A stretch of 33,610 nt of DNA. It comes from a virus. This document shows positions 21,816 through 30,996 of this stretch, piece after piece. Positions within the stretch are counted from its first letter, which is position 1. Every line of letters starts with the position of its first letter. Where the stretch lies: positions 1 through 33,610 of the IMG/VR virus record IMGVR_UViG_3300032240_001203, one strand, 5' to 3'. Made by a program: the position numbers and the translations under genes. The notes below the pieces were generated by a model. It made no database searches. It saw nothing but the letters and a program-made list of their open reading frames with translations, and was not told the origin of the DNA.

Positions 21816-23622
21816 GATTGAAGAACGCATAGTCTGGTCTCCCCAGCCTGGCGCTCAGGAGATGCTTGTTCATTGCCCTATTACGCTTATAGGCTTTGGT
21901 GGTGCACGAGGCGGGGGTAAGACCGATGGGGTTCTAGGTAAGTTTGCTATCCTTCAACAACAGCTAGGAGAATCGTTCAATGCCATCTTTTTTCGTAAAG
22001 AGCTTCCGCAAGCTGATGACCTTATTGAACGAGCTAAGCAGATTTACTTGCCGCTTAGGGCGCATTGGCAAGACCAAAAGAAGCAATTTACTTTTCCGAA
22101 TGGAGCCCGACTCCGCTTCAGACCTCTTGGTGACGATTCGGACGCTGAGAAGTATCAAGGACAGAACCTATCCCATGCTGCTGTTGAAGAAGCCGGAAAT
22201 TACGGAGATCCTTCTCCTATCTGGAAACTGTTTGGAGCTTTACGAGGTAAAGGAAAAGGACAAGTAGTACTTACCTTTAATCCAGGCGGCGTAGGGCATC
22301 ACTGGCTTAAAGAGCTGTTTATACGCCCCGCTCCAATGGGGAAAAAGATTCTAACCAAGGTGTTACCCAATGGCGCTAGTTTTGATTACATCTACATTCC
22401 AAGCCGCATAGCCGATAACCAAATACTTCTTGCTCAAGATCCTGAGTACATAAACCGATTGCACATGGTAGGCTCTCCTGAGCTTGTTCGTGCATGGCTA
22501 GAGGGAGATTTTGAAATACATGAGGGCTCGTACTTTCCTGAGTTCAGTTCACGCCACATTATTCAACCTTTTAACGTACCTAAGCACTGGCCTAGGTATC
22601 TTGGTTATGATTGGGGTTTTCGTAGTCCTTTTGCTGCTGTCTGGGGTGCTGTTAGCAGCGGAAGGGATGATTACGGTAATGAGGTCCCATACCCAAAAGG
22701 AGCCATCATCATTTACCGAGAAATGTGGGGCAAAGGCGTCGACAATGTGGAACAGGCGAATAGGATTGCGGCGGCTTCGGTTGGTGAAAACGTCCACGCA
22801 GCAGCAGACCCAAGCATCTTCAATACCCAAGGCGGACCAAGCATAGCCGATCAATTCCATACGGTGTTTGCTAAATACAAGCACCCTAACTTTAGACCTG
22901 CCGACAACGACCGACTCTCCGGCTGGGCGCAGATAAGACAGAGGCTAGTCGCAAAGCCAGCCTTGCTATATATTTTCGCTAACTGTCCCTATTTGCTTGA
23001 GACCTTACCGTCCATGACCATTGATAAGAAGAAACCAGAGGATCTGGATACTTCTGGCAATGACCATGTATGTCTGACAGGCGATACCCTTGTTATTACA
23101 GATTCAGGTCCGCTTCCAATCAAAGACCTTTGCGGAAACTTTAGCGGCTTTGTTCTTAGCCATAATGGATATTACCAAGAGGCTTGTGGCGCACTTACTC
23201 GCAAAGCAGCAAAAGTTATAACGCTTACTTTTGATGATGATACACAGGTTACTTGTACTCCTGACCATCGCTTTATGCTTGCCGATGGCACATTCAAAAA
23301 AGCATGTTTATTGACATATTCTGATCTGATGCAATGCGTTACATCAGAACTGCAAAATGTCCGCTCGCCGAAGACGGTTAAATCCATTGTTGAAAGCGAA
23401 ACCCCGCAAGATGTCTATTGCTTGAATGTGCCAGAAACAAGTACCTTTGTTCTTGCTAATGGTATCGTGTCCCATAATTGCGACGCCTTGCGCTATTTGT
23501 GCAAAGAACGCTTGATAGATAGTAAGTGGGAGCAGCCAGCAGAAGTATTTAACAAGGGAATTATTAGACTTCAGGCGTATATTGCTCAAATGCGAGCACA
23601 ACGAGGCAGACCCACAATATGA
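21808..23622 (+). CDS. terL: Terminase large subunit precursor, 604 aa, interrupted by a mini-intein
   Basis: Walker A GFGGARGGGKTDG near the N-terminus. After removal of 23071-23478, the C-terminal nuclease motif SGNDHV-CDALRYL is restored. Confidence 0.9.
   Translation: MSEIEERIVWSPQPGAQEMLVHCPITLIGFGGARGGGKTDGVLGKFAILQQQLGESFNAIFFRKELPQADDLIERAKQIYLPLRAHWQDQKKQFTFPNGARLRFRPLGDDSDAEKYQGQNLSHAAVEEAGNYGDPSPIWKLFGALRGKGKGQVVLTFNPGGVGHHWLKELFIRPAPMGKKILTKVLPNGASFDYIYIPSRIADNQILLAQDPEYINRLHMVGSPELVRAWLEGDFEIHEGSYFPEFSSRHIIQPFNVPKHWPRYLGYDWGFRSPFAAVWGAVSSGRDDYGNEVPYPKGAIIIYREMWGKGVDNVEQANRIAAASVGENVHAAADPSIFNTQGGPSIADQFHTVFAKYKHPNFRPADNDRLSGWAQIRQRLVAKPALLYIFANCPYLLETLPSMTIDKKKPEDLDTSGNDHVCLTGDTLVITDSGPLPIKDLCGNFSGFVLSHNGYYQEACGALTRKAAKVITLTFDDDTQVTCTPDHRFMLADGTFKKACLLTYSDLMQCVTSELQNVRSPKTVKSIVESETPQDVYCLNVPETSTFVLANGIVSHNCDALRYLCKERLIDSKWEQPAEVFNKGIIRLQAYIAQMRAQRGRPTI
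23071..23478 (+). mobile_element. Class-1 mini-intein, 136 aa, with no homing-endonuclease domain
   Basis: Block A CLTGDTLVITDSG..IKDL, block B TCTPDHRF, blocks F/G VYCLNVPETSTFVLANGIVSHN, followed by a +1 Cys. Confidence 0.85.
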
Positions 23623-26150
23623 AGAAACCACCGCCATTATTGGATCGCTTTTCCTCAGATTATTGGCGGGCTGAAGTTACTCGGTCTGAAGAACGACGTA
23701 AACGATTCCTTGAAATGGCCGAGGAGTCAATTCGAGTTTACAACGCTCAAAAACAGGTGGGTATTCTCAATGATACTGAAAGACGCCTTAATTCTTGGTG
23801 GTATTGCGTTAATACTTTACTTCCTGCTTATTATAGTTCCACACCCAAAGCAGAAGTTATCCTCCGCAAAAGAACAGGCGGTACACTCGAAGAGATAAGC
23901 GCAACGGTCCTTGAAAGGAACATTCAGTATCACATGGATGTAGCGTTTCCTTTTGATGAGATTGGATACAACGCAGCACTTCAATTCCTTCTTACAGGCC
24001 GTGCCGTCCTCTGGGCTCGTTATAGGGCCGAGTTTGAACAAGAAGAGCAGGAGATTGCGCTATTTCAAGGACAAGATGGAACGCTGCTGGATGAGAAAGG
24101 CCAACCATATCAAGGCGAGATTAGCGATACTCGACCGGGGCCTGGTGGCATTATCCTTGGCAAAGTTCACATTGAGGAAAAAAACCAAGAATGGGCATAC
24201 CTCGATGTAATTCAATATAATGACTACCTTTGCTCAGATGCTCGTAATGAGACTGAAGTAGAATGGCGAGCCCGTAAGGCATACCTTACACGGCCACAAG
24301 CTACAGACCTTTTTGGCAAGGATATTGCTGATGGGCTTTTCTATGATTCATTCCCTGACCGCATAAACAAGGATTGGAACAAAGATTACGCCAAGTTTGA
24401 AGGCAAGGCAGAGCTTTACGAGATTTGGTGCAAAGAATCAGAGAAGGTTTATTGGGGACATAAGTCAGCCGATACCTTTATCATATACGAGTCTGAGCCA
24501 CCTATAGAGTTTCCTGACTTTTTCCCATGTTCAGTAATCTCACAAAGCGCAGACCCAGATAGCGTTTTGCCCGTATCTGATTACACCCATTGTAAAGACC
24601 AGATTCTTGAGATTGAGCGGCTTACTACTCGTATTCATGCCGTTACTCAGGCTATCCGCACCAATGCTCTTTATGACTCAGCCCTCGGCTTGCAGGTAGA
24701 GCAGCTCGTTATTGGCGATCTAAAGATGATCCCAACGATGAACTGGCCGTCCTATAAGAGCCGTGGTGGACTCGCATCCAGCATTGAGTTCATGGATATC
24801 ACTCCATTCGTAAATGCGCTCCAGCAACTTCAGGCGGCTCGACAGCAGGCATTAGACCAGCTTTACGAAACTCTTAAAGTATCTGACCTACTCCGAGGAA
24901 CTTCAGAGCAATATAAGAGCGCAACTGCCAATAGACTTGAAGCACAATGGTCATCCCTTGGGCTTATTGTTCGGCAGAACATGTTCTCTAAGTTTATCTC
25001 AAACGCTATTGAGAAACTTGGAATTGTCATTGCTTCTCACTTTGATCCTGAATCAATCTTTGAGATTGGTGATGCGGATAACCTTATTGGACCAATCCTC
25101 CCTGAGCCGCCAGCGCCGCAAATGGGACCAGATGGGCAGCCGCTACCAATGCCGCCCCCTCCAGATCCTCAGATGCTTATCACTGCGTTTAAACAGAAAA
25201 TCATTAACCTTTACAGGAATGATGATCGTTTCAACTACAGGATTCAGATAACCTCTGATTCTATGATTGCTGTCGATTCGGCGCAGCAACAACAAGAGGC
25301 ATCACAACTTATTCAAACATGCGGTGAGTTTTTCAATCAGATGAGAACTTTGATTGAACAATATCCGCCGCTGTTAGGCTTTTCTATTGAGCTGTTTCAA
25401 AACATGGTGAAACGATTCAAGGGAGGCAAAGAGTTAGATGGGCTCTTTACTAAAGCACTTGTTCAAATTGGCGATATTGCTAAAGCCAAAGAAGAAGCAG
25501 CTAAACAACCACCTCCTCCAGACCCAGCGATGCAAGAGATTCAAGCTCGTATGCAAATCGCTCAGATGGAAGCTCAAACACGAATCCAAGCGGCTCAAAT
25601 GGAGATGCAGGACTCGCATGAGAAGAATATGCTGGCTGCTCAAGAACAGCAGATAAAGATGCAGCGTGAGCAACTTGCAGGCAATATCCAGCTTCAAAAA
25701 GCACAACTTGAACAGTACGTTGCTGAACAAGAGCTTGCTCTTAAACAGCAGGATCTTCAAATCAAGGCACATGCCGTTGAAGTGGATATGCTTAAAGTTC
25801 AGACCGGAGCACAAAGCGACCAGGTTAAGCATGAGATTCAGCAGGAGCACAATCGCCTTACCGGGCTTCTTAAAGTGCAAGAGCTTGATGCTAAGCAGAT
25901 GGAGTTTAGGCTCGCACAGCAAGAAAAGCTCATGGAAGAGCAGCGGCTTGCTCAAGAGCAACAGCTTGAGAAAATCCGTCTCAGCATGGAGACCGCTACA
26001 AAGATTGGTGCCTCAGCAAGTCCAATCCATATTCATAGCGACAATCCTGTAGTGTACGAGAAGCAGGTAAAGCCTAAGCGCAAACGAGGTACAATCATTT
26101 CTGATGCTGAAGGCAACCCAATAGGAATTGATATTCAGGAGCATGAATAA
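23619..26150 (+). CDS. Portal protein, 843 aa, with a C-terminal Gln/Glu-rich coiled-coil extension of about 220 aa
   Basis: ATGA-coupled directly after terL. The size and position are typical for a portal. The C-terminal heptad-like Q/E/K/L region begins at about 25479. Confidence 0.75.
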   Translation: MKKPPPLLDRFSSDYWRAEVTRSEERRKRFLEMAEESIRVYNAQKQVGILNDTERRLNSWWYCVNTLLPAYYSSTPKAEVILRKRTGGTLEEISATVLERNIQYHMDVAFPFDEIGYNAALQFLLTGRAVLWARYRAEFEQEEQEIALFQGQDGTLLDEKGQPYQGEISDTRPGPGGIILGKVHIEEKNQEWAYLDVIQYNDYLCSDARNETEVEWRARKAYLTRPQATDLFGKDIADGLFYDSFPDRINKDWNKDYAKFEGKAELYEIWCKESEKVYWGHKSADTFIIYESEPPIEFPDFFPCSVISQSADPDSVLPVSDYTHCKDQILEIERLTTRIHAVTQAIRTNALYDSALGLQVEQLVIGDLKMIPTMNWPSYKSRGGLASSIEFMDITPFVNALQQLQAARQQALDQLYETLKVSDLLRGTSEQYKSATANRLEAQWSSLGLIVRQNMFSKFISNAIEKLGIVIASHFDPESIFEIGDADNLIGPILPEPPAPQMGPDGQPLPMPPPPDPQMLITAFKQKIINLYRNDDRFNYRIQITSDSMIAVDSAQQQQEASQLIQTCGEFFNQMRTLIEQYPPLLGFSIELFQNMVKRFKGGKELDGLFTKALVQIGDIAKAKEEAAKQPPPPDPAMQEIQARMQIAQMEAQTRIQAAQMEMQDSHEKNMLAAQEQQIKMQREQLAGNIQLQKAQLEQYVAEQELALKQQDLQIKAHAVEVDMLKVQTGAQSDQVKHEIQQEHNRLTGLLKVQELDAKQMEFRLAQQEKLMEEQRLAQEQQLEKIRLSMETATKIGASASPIHIHSDNPVVYEKQVKPKRKRGTIISDAEGNPIGIDIQEHE

Positions 26151-26398
26151 TGAGCACAGTAGTCTCTAACTCAGCTACCGCAGTCAATCCTGACATTCCT
26201 GTAGCAACTACAGTAAAGAACGGATCTGTTTATCAAGAGATCGTAGCTGGCTTAGTCAATCAACCTTATAATGAGATTGTTTTGTCATATACCGGGACTG
26301 ATTTGACTGGGGTAATATATAAGTTATCTGGAACAACGGTAGCTACCCTTACTTTGGGATATACTAGCGGAAACCTTACTTCTGTTGTGAGATCGTAA
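26150..26398 (+). CDS. Hypothetical protein, 82 aa
   Basis: TAATG coupling on both sides. Confidence 0.6.
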   Translation: MSTVVSNSATAVNPDIPVATTVKNGSVYQEIVAGLVNQPYNEIVLSYTGTDLTGVIYKLSGTTVATLTLGYTSGNLTSVVRS

Positions 26399-29300
26399 TG
26401 AGTTATAAGTTTAACCCGTTCACTGGCACATTCGATATTGCGTCATCTCCAGGCGGGTCTACTACTCAAGTACAATTTAATGATGGTGGTTCATTTGGCG
26501 GGGCTAGCCAACTTACTTACGATAAAACTAAATCGTTTACTGGAGTGCAGCAATCTTCGCCTTCAGCTCCATTGCACGTTACTGGTGCTATTGGCACACA
26601 GATCCCTGCACCAACTACATTTACCGCAACACTCGTTGAAGATGTTCCGGTTACGTCTCCTACCAGCGGATCTGTATCCCCAAATTATGGTCCGACAACG
26701 CCTGGAGTTCCAACCGTATCGTTAATACAAATTGATTACATTAATAATTGTACACCTAATCAAAACACTTCTTCTGGGGGTAATTATACGTGTAATGGGC
26801 AAACAATTAACTATCGAATTTATGCTTATAAATTGATAGGTGGGATCAGAGTTTGTACTTCTTCTTATTACAGTACTAGTTTTACTGATACAATTAATGA
26901 TGGGAGTACGCAGTTCAAAGTAGATCTTACTGGATTTACTGCGCCGTATTCGAATCTTGACGGAGTTTTAGTTTCCAAGAGTTTTGATGGTGGCTATACA
27001 TGGCCATATTCCGTGGATGCTGGCTATAACTCATCTTATACAGACGATAATTTTACAAGCACGGATGCTTTTGAAGTATCTCAATATACAGAATCCGGTG
27101 GGAACTGGGATGCATATGTATCGCAATATCAGTTATTTAATGGAACTCCATATACATCTAATTATGATACTAATTACGCTACAGATAGCAACACAGGGCA
27201 AGCTCTAGTTATTTCTGTAACTCTTGCAACTCCCACTACTGCTGATGGATTTATGATCCAACAGCATGATGGTTTTTATCGAGATATTCATACTGGTACT
27301 AGTTATTTTGATTGGGGAAGCACCAATGGACTCGTACCGTCATTTTCTTCCTTTAGTAGCATTGCTTTTCCAATAATGAACACCAGTCTTACTGGCTCTT
27401 CATCTACATCTGCTTCATTCGGATATGGTAGCGGTACATATAATGCTACAGGCAACACTTGGAGCATCAGCGTTTGGGAATATAGGGTTCATCCAGAAAC
27501 CAGCCAGCAATGGTTTGTTTCGACTCCCAATACTTACAGTTTGGGAACTGACGACGGAAGCAATAACTCATTTGTTATCTCGTGGAGCACTTTGCCTGGA
27601 GATGGAACTGGTAGATATGTAGTTGTCAATCAGAATGGAACAGACATCTATGAAGAAGATGTCAGCAGTAACACAAGCGGAAACATTGCTGGATTTGGCA
27701 CTGTTTCATCAAAGCAAGACATATCCTCTTTTACTGGAATTTACCGAGCTTTTGGTTTATACGGGAAAGTAGTTTCTCCCGCAGTTAAGTATTCAAACAG
27801 TGGTTATACTTATAGTATTTCCTGTCCAAATTCAGCTCCATATATTTTACTGCATTCATTGCCTTCTGGAGGTAATGCAACAAACTTCAAAATTGTTGAA
27901 ACATCATACCGGACTGGTTCTGTTTATGATGCGGCAGTTGTATCTAACTTTTATCAATTTTTAACTGGTGTTGGTTCAAGTACTGTAACTCCTAATACAC
28001 TCGGGTTTTTAAGTAATGGAACGAATCTCAATCGAATCTATGCTGCATATTCATCACAAAGTGCGTTCGGTGTAACTGCTTATTCAGCAACTCCAATTAC
28101 TGTAACAACAACAGATCCAAGCAATAATAAATACTATGTTGTGGTATTGGCATGGGCCAGCATCGCCCAAGGTCAGTATAAACTAAAGCGGACAATTGGA
28201 GCATCTGTACTATATCACATTGAGGGAAATACAACCTATACCGATACAACAGAAGCTGCTTGGGCAGACAGTTCAACGCTTACTCCAACTAGCATTCCTA
28301 CAACGGGTGCGATTGTAGAGCGTAGTTGCACATCCACTAGTAACCCTGGCACATTAACTATCCGCAATACATATCCATCATATTTGAATTATGCGGTATT
28401 TGATTCTGTTTCTGGTGGTGGTTCTATATCTGAAGGCGGGCGATTTGGAATTGATGGATCTGCTCAATTCTTTGTGCAAAGTTATCCTGGTAATCTTCTA
28501 ATCAAAACACCAACTGGTACTTCCGCTATTGTTGGCGCACAAACCTATTTGAATTATGAAAATTCCTATTCGGGAGTATTGGGATTCAAAGGCGGAAGTG
28601 GTGGATGGGTTTCATACTTTAGCGCATCTTATGATACTGCTTATTTTGGAACCAACGGAGCGTGGTCATATTCAGATCCGCAATCATCCGTATGCATTGC
28701 TCCAAAAGATGGAAGTGATGTTGCACTACTAATATCCCCGAACCCATCAGCACCAGATCAAACTGGTGCTATTAAAATTACCAATTCCTCACTAACAATT
28801 AAATGGCTTGTTACTAACGATGGTAGAACTGCTATCGGGACTGGCGGCACAGGTAACGGAATTCTTTGCATTGGAGCAGGAGATGCTAATAACGCATCAA
28901 TTCAACTAGCAGCTTCGTCTAGTGTTCCTAATGTAATTGGTGGAATCTTACGATATGGGAATGATTTTTTCGGTGGCGATAATTTGGGAACAATGCGTAA
29001 GTTTTCCTTTGTGCCATCGTCATTTACAGCAAACAGTTTTGCGTATCTTGATGGCACTGGGGCTTTAGTAGCAAACAATAAGCTGTACTGGAATGGCTCA
29101 TATCTTGGTGCAACAACATTAATGTTGTTTGCGGCTGGGCTTTCTATATCAGCAAGTCAATCGATTTCCATGGGAACTGGAGCTTCGATCTCGGGTGGCA
29201 TTATATTCAATTATGCTGCTAAAAGCGCAAACTACACTGTCGCACCTGGTGACTATTGCATCAATGTTACTGCATCAGGGAAAACAATTACATTGCCAAC

Positions 29301-29481
29301 TGCGGTAAGTAAGACTGGGCAGATTTATGTAATCAAAGCCACGCATACGACTGGCACAACCACGCTCAATACCACATCGAGTCAAACAATTTTTACAACT
29401 TCAGCCGTTACTAGCATTACTATGAATGCTGGCGATACGGTGAGAGTTATGTCTAATGGTACAAATTGGATAGCAATATAA
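26398..29481 (+). CDS. Large tail-fibre/receptor-binding-like protein, 1027 aa
   Basis: The N-terminus (MSYKFNPFTGTFD) is typical of fibre proteins. Ser/Thr/Asn/Tyr/Gly-rich beta composition. C-terminal small beta domain (...GQIYVIKA...VRVMSNGTNWIAI). Confidence 0.65.
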   Translation: MSYKFNPFTGTFDIASSPGGSTTQVQFNDGGSFGGASQLTYDKTKSFTGVQQSSPSAPLHVTGAIGTQIPAPTTFTATLVEDVPVTSPTSGSVSPNYGPTTPGVPTVSLIQIDYINNCTPNQNTSSGGNYTCNGQTINYRIYAYKLIGGIRVCTSSYYSTSFTDTINDGSTQFKVDLTGFTAPYSNLDGVLVSKSFDGGYTWPYSVDAGYNSSYTDDNFTSTDAFEVSQYTESGGNWDAYVSQYQLFNGTPYTSNYDTNYATDSNTGQALVISVTLATPTTADGFMIQQHDGFYRDIHTGTSYFDWGSTNGLVPSFSSFSSIAFPIMNTSLTGSSSTSASFGYGSGTYNATGNTWSISVWEYRVHPETSQQWFVSTPNTYSLGTDDGSNNSFVISWSTLPGDGTGRYVVVNQNGTDIYEEDVSSNTSGNIAGFGTVSSKQDISSFTGIYRAFGLYGKVVSPAVKYSNSGYTYSISCPNSAPYILLHSLPSGGNATNFKIVETSYRTGSVYDAAVVSNFYQFLTGVGSSTVTPNTLGFLSNGTNLNRIYAAYSSQSAFGVTAYSATPITVTTTDPSNNKYYVVVLAWASIAQGQYKLKRTIGASVLYHIEGNTTYTDTTEAAWADSSTLTPTSIPTTGAIVERSCTSTSNPGTLTIRNTYPSYLNYAVFDSVSGGGSISEGGRFGIDGSAQFFVQSYPGNLLIKTPTGTSAIVGAQTYLNYENSYSGVLGFKGGSGGWVSYFSASYDTAYFGTNGAWSYSDPQSSVCIAPKDGSDVALLISPNPSAPDQTGAIKITNSSLTIKWLVTNDGRTAIGTGGTGNGILCIGAGDANNASIQLAASSSVPNVIGGILRYGNDFFGGDNLGTMRKFSFVPSSFTANSFAYLDGTGALVANNKLYWNGSYLGATTLMLFAAGLSISASQSISMGTGASISGGIIFNYAAKSANYTVAPGDYCINVTASGKTITLPTAVSKTGQIYVIKATHTTGTTTLNTTSSQTIFTTSAVTSITMNAGDTVRVMSNGTNWIAI

Positions 29482-29489
29482 AAGGTATT

Positions 29490-29624
29490 ATGAACATTGA
29501 CCAAGCACTACAAGTGGTAGCACAAGCAGCACAATCGGCATCGTTGCCATATCAAGCGCATCTTCAAGTACAAGAAGCATTAAAAGTGATTGTTGAAGCT
29601 CTCAAGGAAAAGCAAAATGGCTAA
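29490..29624 (+). CDS. 44-aa helical micro-ORF (below the ORF-track cutoff)
   Basis: AAGG lies 4 nt upstream of the ATG. The stop TAA (29622-24) overlaps the ATG of the next gene at 29617. It fills the gap after the fibre gene. Confidence 0.45.
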   Translation: MNIDQALQVVAQAAQSASLPYQAHLQVQEALKVIVEALKEKQNG

Positions 29625-29919
29625 CATTACATTCAACATTTCCGGCACATTCCCAGCAGAAGATGTGCTAGTATTCGCTAAATCACGAGGCTATCAAGAA
29701 GTTTTGCCGGATGGTTTGGATGATGATGGCAATATTAAAACAAAGCCAAATCCAGAAGCGCCAGAAGTATATGTCGCTAAATACATCAAAGATTATCTCG
29801 TAAAAGAGATTGCTGGAGTTAGTGAGGCTAAGATTCGGTCTGAATACGAAACTCAGCTTAAGGCTAGAATTAGTGGACTTTATAATTCGGTCAAAGGGAA
29901 TGTTAGCGTAAAAGTGTAA
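29617..29919 (+). CDS. Hypothetical protein, 100 aa
   Basis: I prefer the ATG at 29617 to the TTG at 29590, which has no SD and lies inside the micro-ORF. Confidence 0.6.
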   Translation: MANITFNISGTFPAEDVLVFAKSRGYQEVLPDGLDDDGNIKTKPNPEAPEVYVAKYIKDYLVKEIAGVSEAKIRSEYETQLKARISGLYNSVKGNVSVKV

Positions 29920-29976
29920 ATGCTTTTATTTTTTAAGTTGCTGCAAAGCTACTTGCAGGTGCAACTGCGGAGATAG
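29920..29976 (+). pseudogene. 18-codon remnant duplicating the 5' end of gene 30499-30996 (MLLFFKLLQSYLQVQLRR*)
   Basis: 39/48 nt identical to 30499-30546 by hand alignment. Five of the nine differences are synonymous. It ends in a TAG 4 nt before the nuclease ATG. Confidence 0.6.
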
Positions 29977-29979
29977 TAG

Positions 29980-30495
29980 ATGGGTCAGTTTAATCAGCCA
30001 CGAGCACGATTACCCACTTTATCTGACCGTCCCATTACATTCGCCAGCTATGCGGAGTATGCGGCGGGAATGTTGCTAGAGCGTTACATTGGCGATTATG
30101 AATTGAAAATGGGACACACGTTTCAAGTTCCAATAGGTTACAATAAACAATGCGACTTTTTAATTAATGGCGTTTTTGTGGAGTTTCATCCCACTAACCT
30201 AAAGCACGAGTTTTCGGACCGACAAGCGGCCAGGCAATTTGGCGAAGCATTGCGGCACGTCGCTAATCCGTTTCGAGAACGAATAGTAAATGCTGTTAAG
30301 AATGAGCTTGCGGAAAAATACTATGAACGACGTAAGTTTTTAGTGTCGATGCATGCAGGCAAAGATTCAGAATTAATCGTTTGTAAGAATCATATCGATC
30401 TATACCAATCAGTTATTAAACGGTTTGGGGTTGGATATCCAAAGCAAGCAAATTTTATAAATGAGTTTGATGCGCTAGCTCGGCAAAGGTTTTAA
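29980..30495 (+). CDS. Restriction-endonuclease-fold (Vsr/DUF559-like) nuclease candidate, 171 aa; possible free-standing homing endonuclease
   Basis: SYAEYAAGMLLE ... Q.PIGYNKQCDFLINGVFVEFHP matches the S..E ... Q...DF...(h)E.(h)H layout of Vsr-like/PD-(D/E)xK nucleases. Preceded by the 5'-end duplicate at 29920-29967. Confidence 0.45.
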   Translation: MGQFNQPRARLPTLSDRPITFASYAEYAAGMLLERYIGDYELKMGHTFQVPIGYNKQCDFLINGVFVEFHPTNLKHEFSDRQAARQFGEALRHVANPFRERIVNAVKNELAEKYYERRKFLVSMHAGKDSELIVCKNHIDLYQSVIKRFGVGYPKQANFINEFDALARQRF

Positions 30496-30498
30496 GAT

Positions 30499-30996
30499 AT
30501 GTTTTTATTTTTTAAGCCGCCGCAAAGCTATTTGCAAGTTCAGTTGCTTGATCCCGACGGTCCGGCAAAACGTAAAGCCATTGATCTTGAAGAAGCCTAT
30601 GCGATTAAGATTCTTCAGGAGCGGCAAGCTAAGCAAAAGGCTAAGCGCAAAGAAGCTAGCTTTAAGGCGAAGATTAAGAAGCAGCTGGAAGAGGGCAAGA
30701 CCGCCGTTGAAGTAGCCGCTGAGCTTACTCAAGAAATAATAGCTGAGGAGCCAAAGTTTGAGTTTACCGAAGAAATGCGAGCCGATGTTGCTCGTATTAT
30801 GGCAGAATATGAGCGCCAGGTAAGACTTGAAACTCAGGCAATGGTAATTGAGTTCGCTAATCAGCTTGCTCAAACAACGGCATTACTAGAGGCAGAACTT
30901 CAAAGACGAATAGAAGAAAAGCGACGGCGTAGGATTAAGCGCAATCGTATTAAAGCACTGATTCTGTTTGCTTCAATGGATGATAACGATGAGTAA
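30499..30996 (+). CDS. Charged coiled-coil protein, 165 aa
   Basis: ORF in the operon; Lys/Glu/Arg-rich helical sequence; its 5' end is duplicated at 29920. Confidence 0.6.
   Translation: MFLFFKPPQSYLQVQLLDPDGPAKRKAIDLEEAYAIKILQERQAKQKAKRKEASFKAKIKKQLEEGKTAVEVAAELTQEIIAEEPKFEFTEEMRADVARIMAEYERQVRLETQAMVIEFANQLAQTTALLEAELQRRIEEKRRRRIKRNRIKALILFASMDDNDE

Noticed and set aside
25434-25961. 175-aa minus-strand ORF inside the portal gene
   Set aside because: It is antisense to the Q/E/K-rich coiled-coil region. Its Leu/Lys/Phe-rich translation is the mirror image expected from that codon composition. It has no SD and no independent support.
26398-29481. Possible diversity-generating retroelement targeting the fibre C-terminus
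   Set aside because: No reverse-transcriptase ORF appears in any frame, and I found no template-repeat copy of the fibre 3' end elsewhere in the window.
29590-29616. TTG start for the 109-aa version of ORF 29590-29919
   Set aside because: It is a non-ATG start without an SD, lying inside the better-explained 44-aa micro-ORF. The ATG at 29617 gives an ATG/TAA coupled junction.
29920-30498. Group I intron carrying the nuclease ORF
   Set aside because: The upstream gene ends with a normal stop and the downstream gene is complete with its own start. A duplicated 5' exon copy is not expected for an intron, and I could not recognise P-element pairings.
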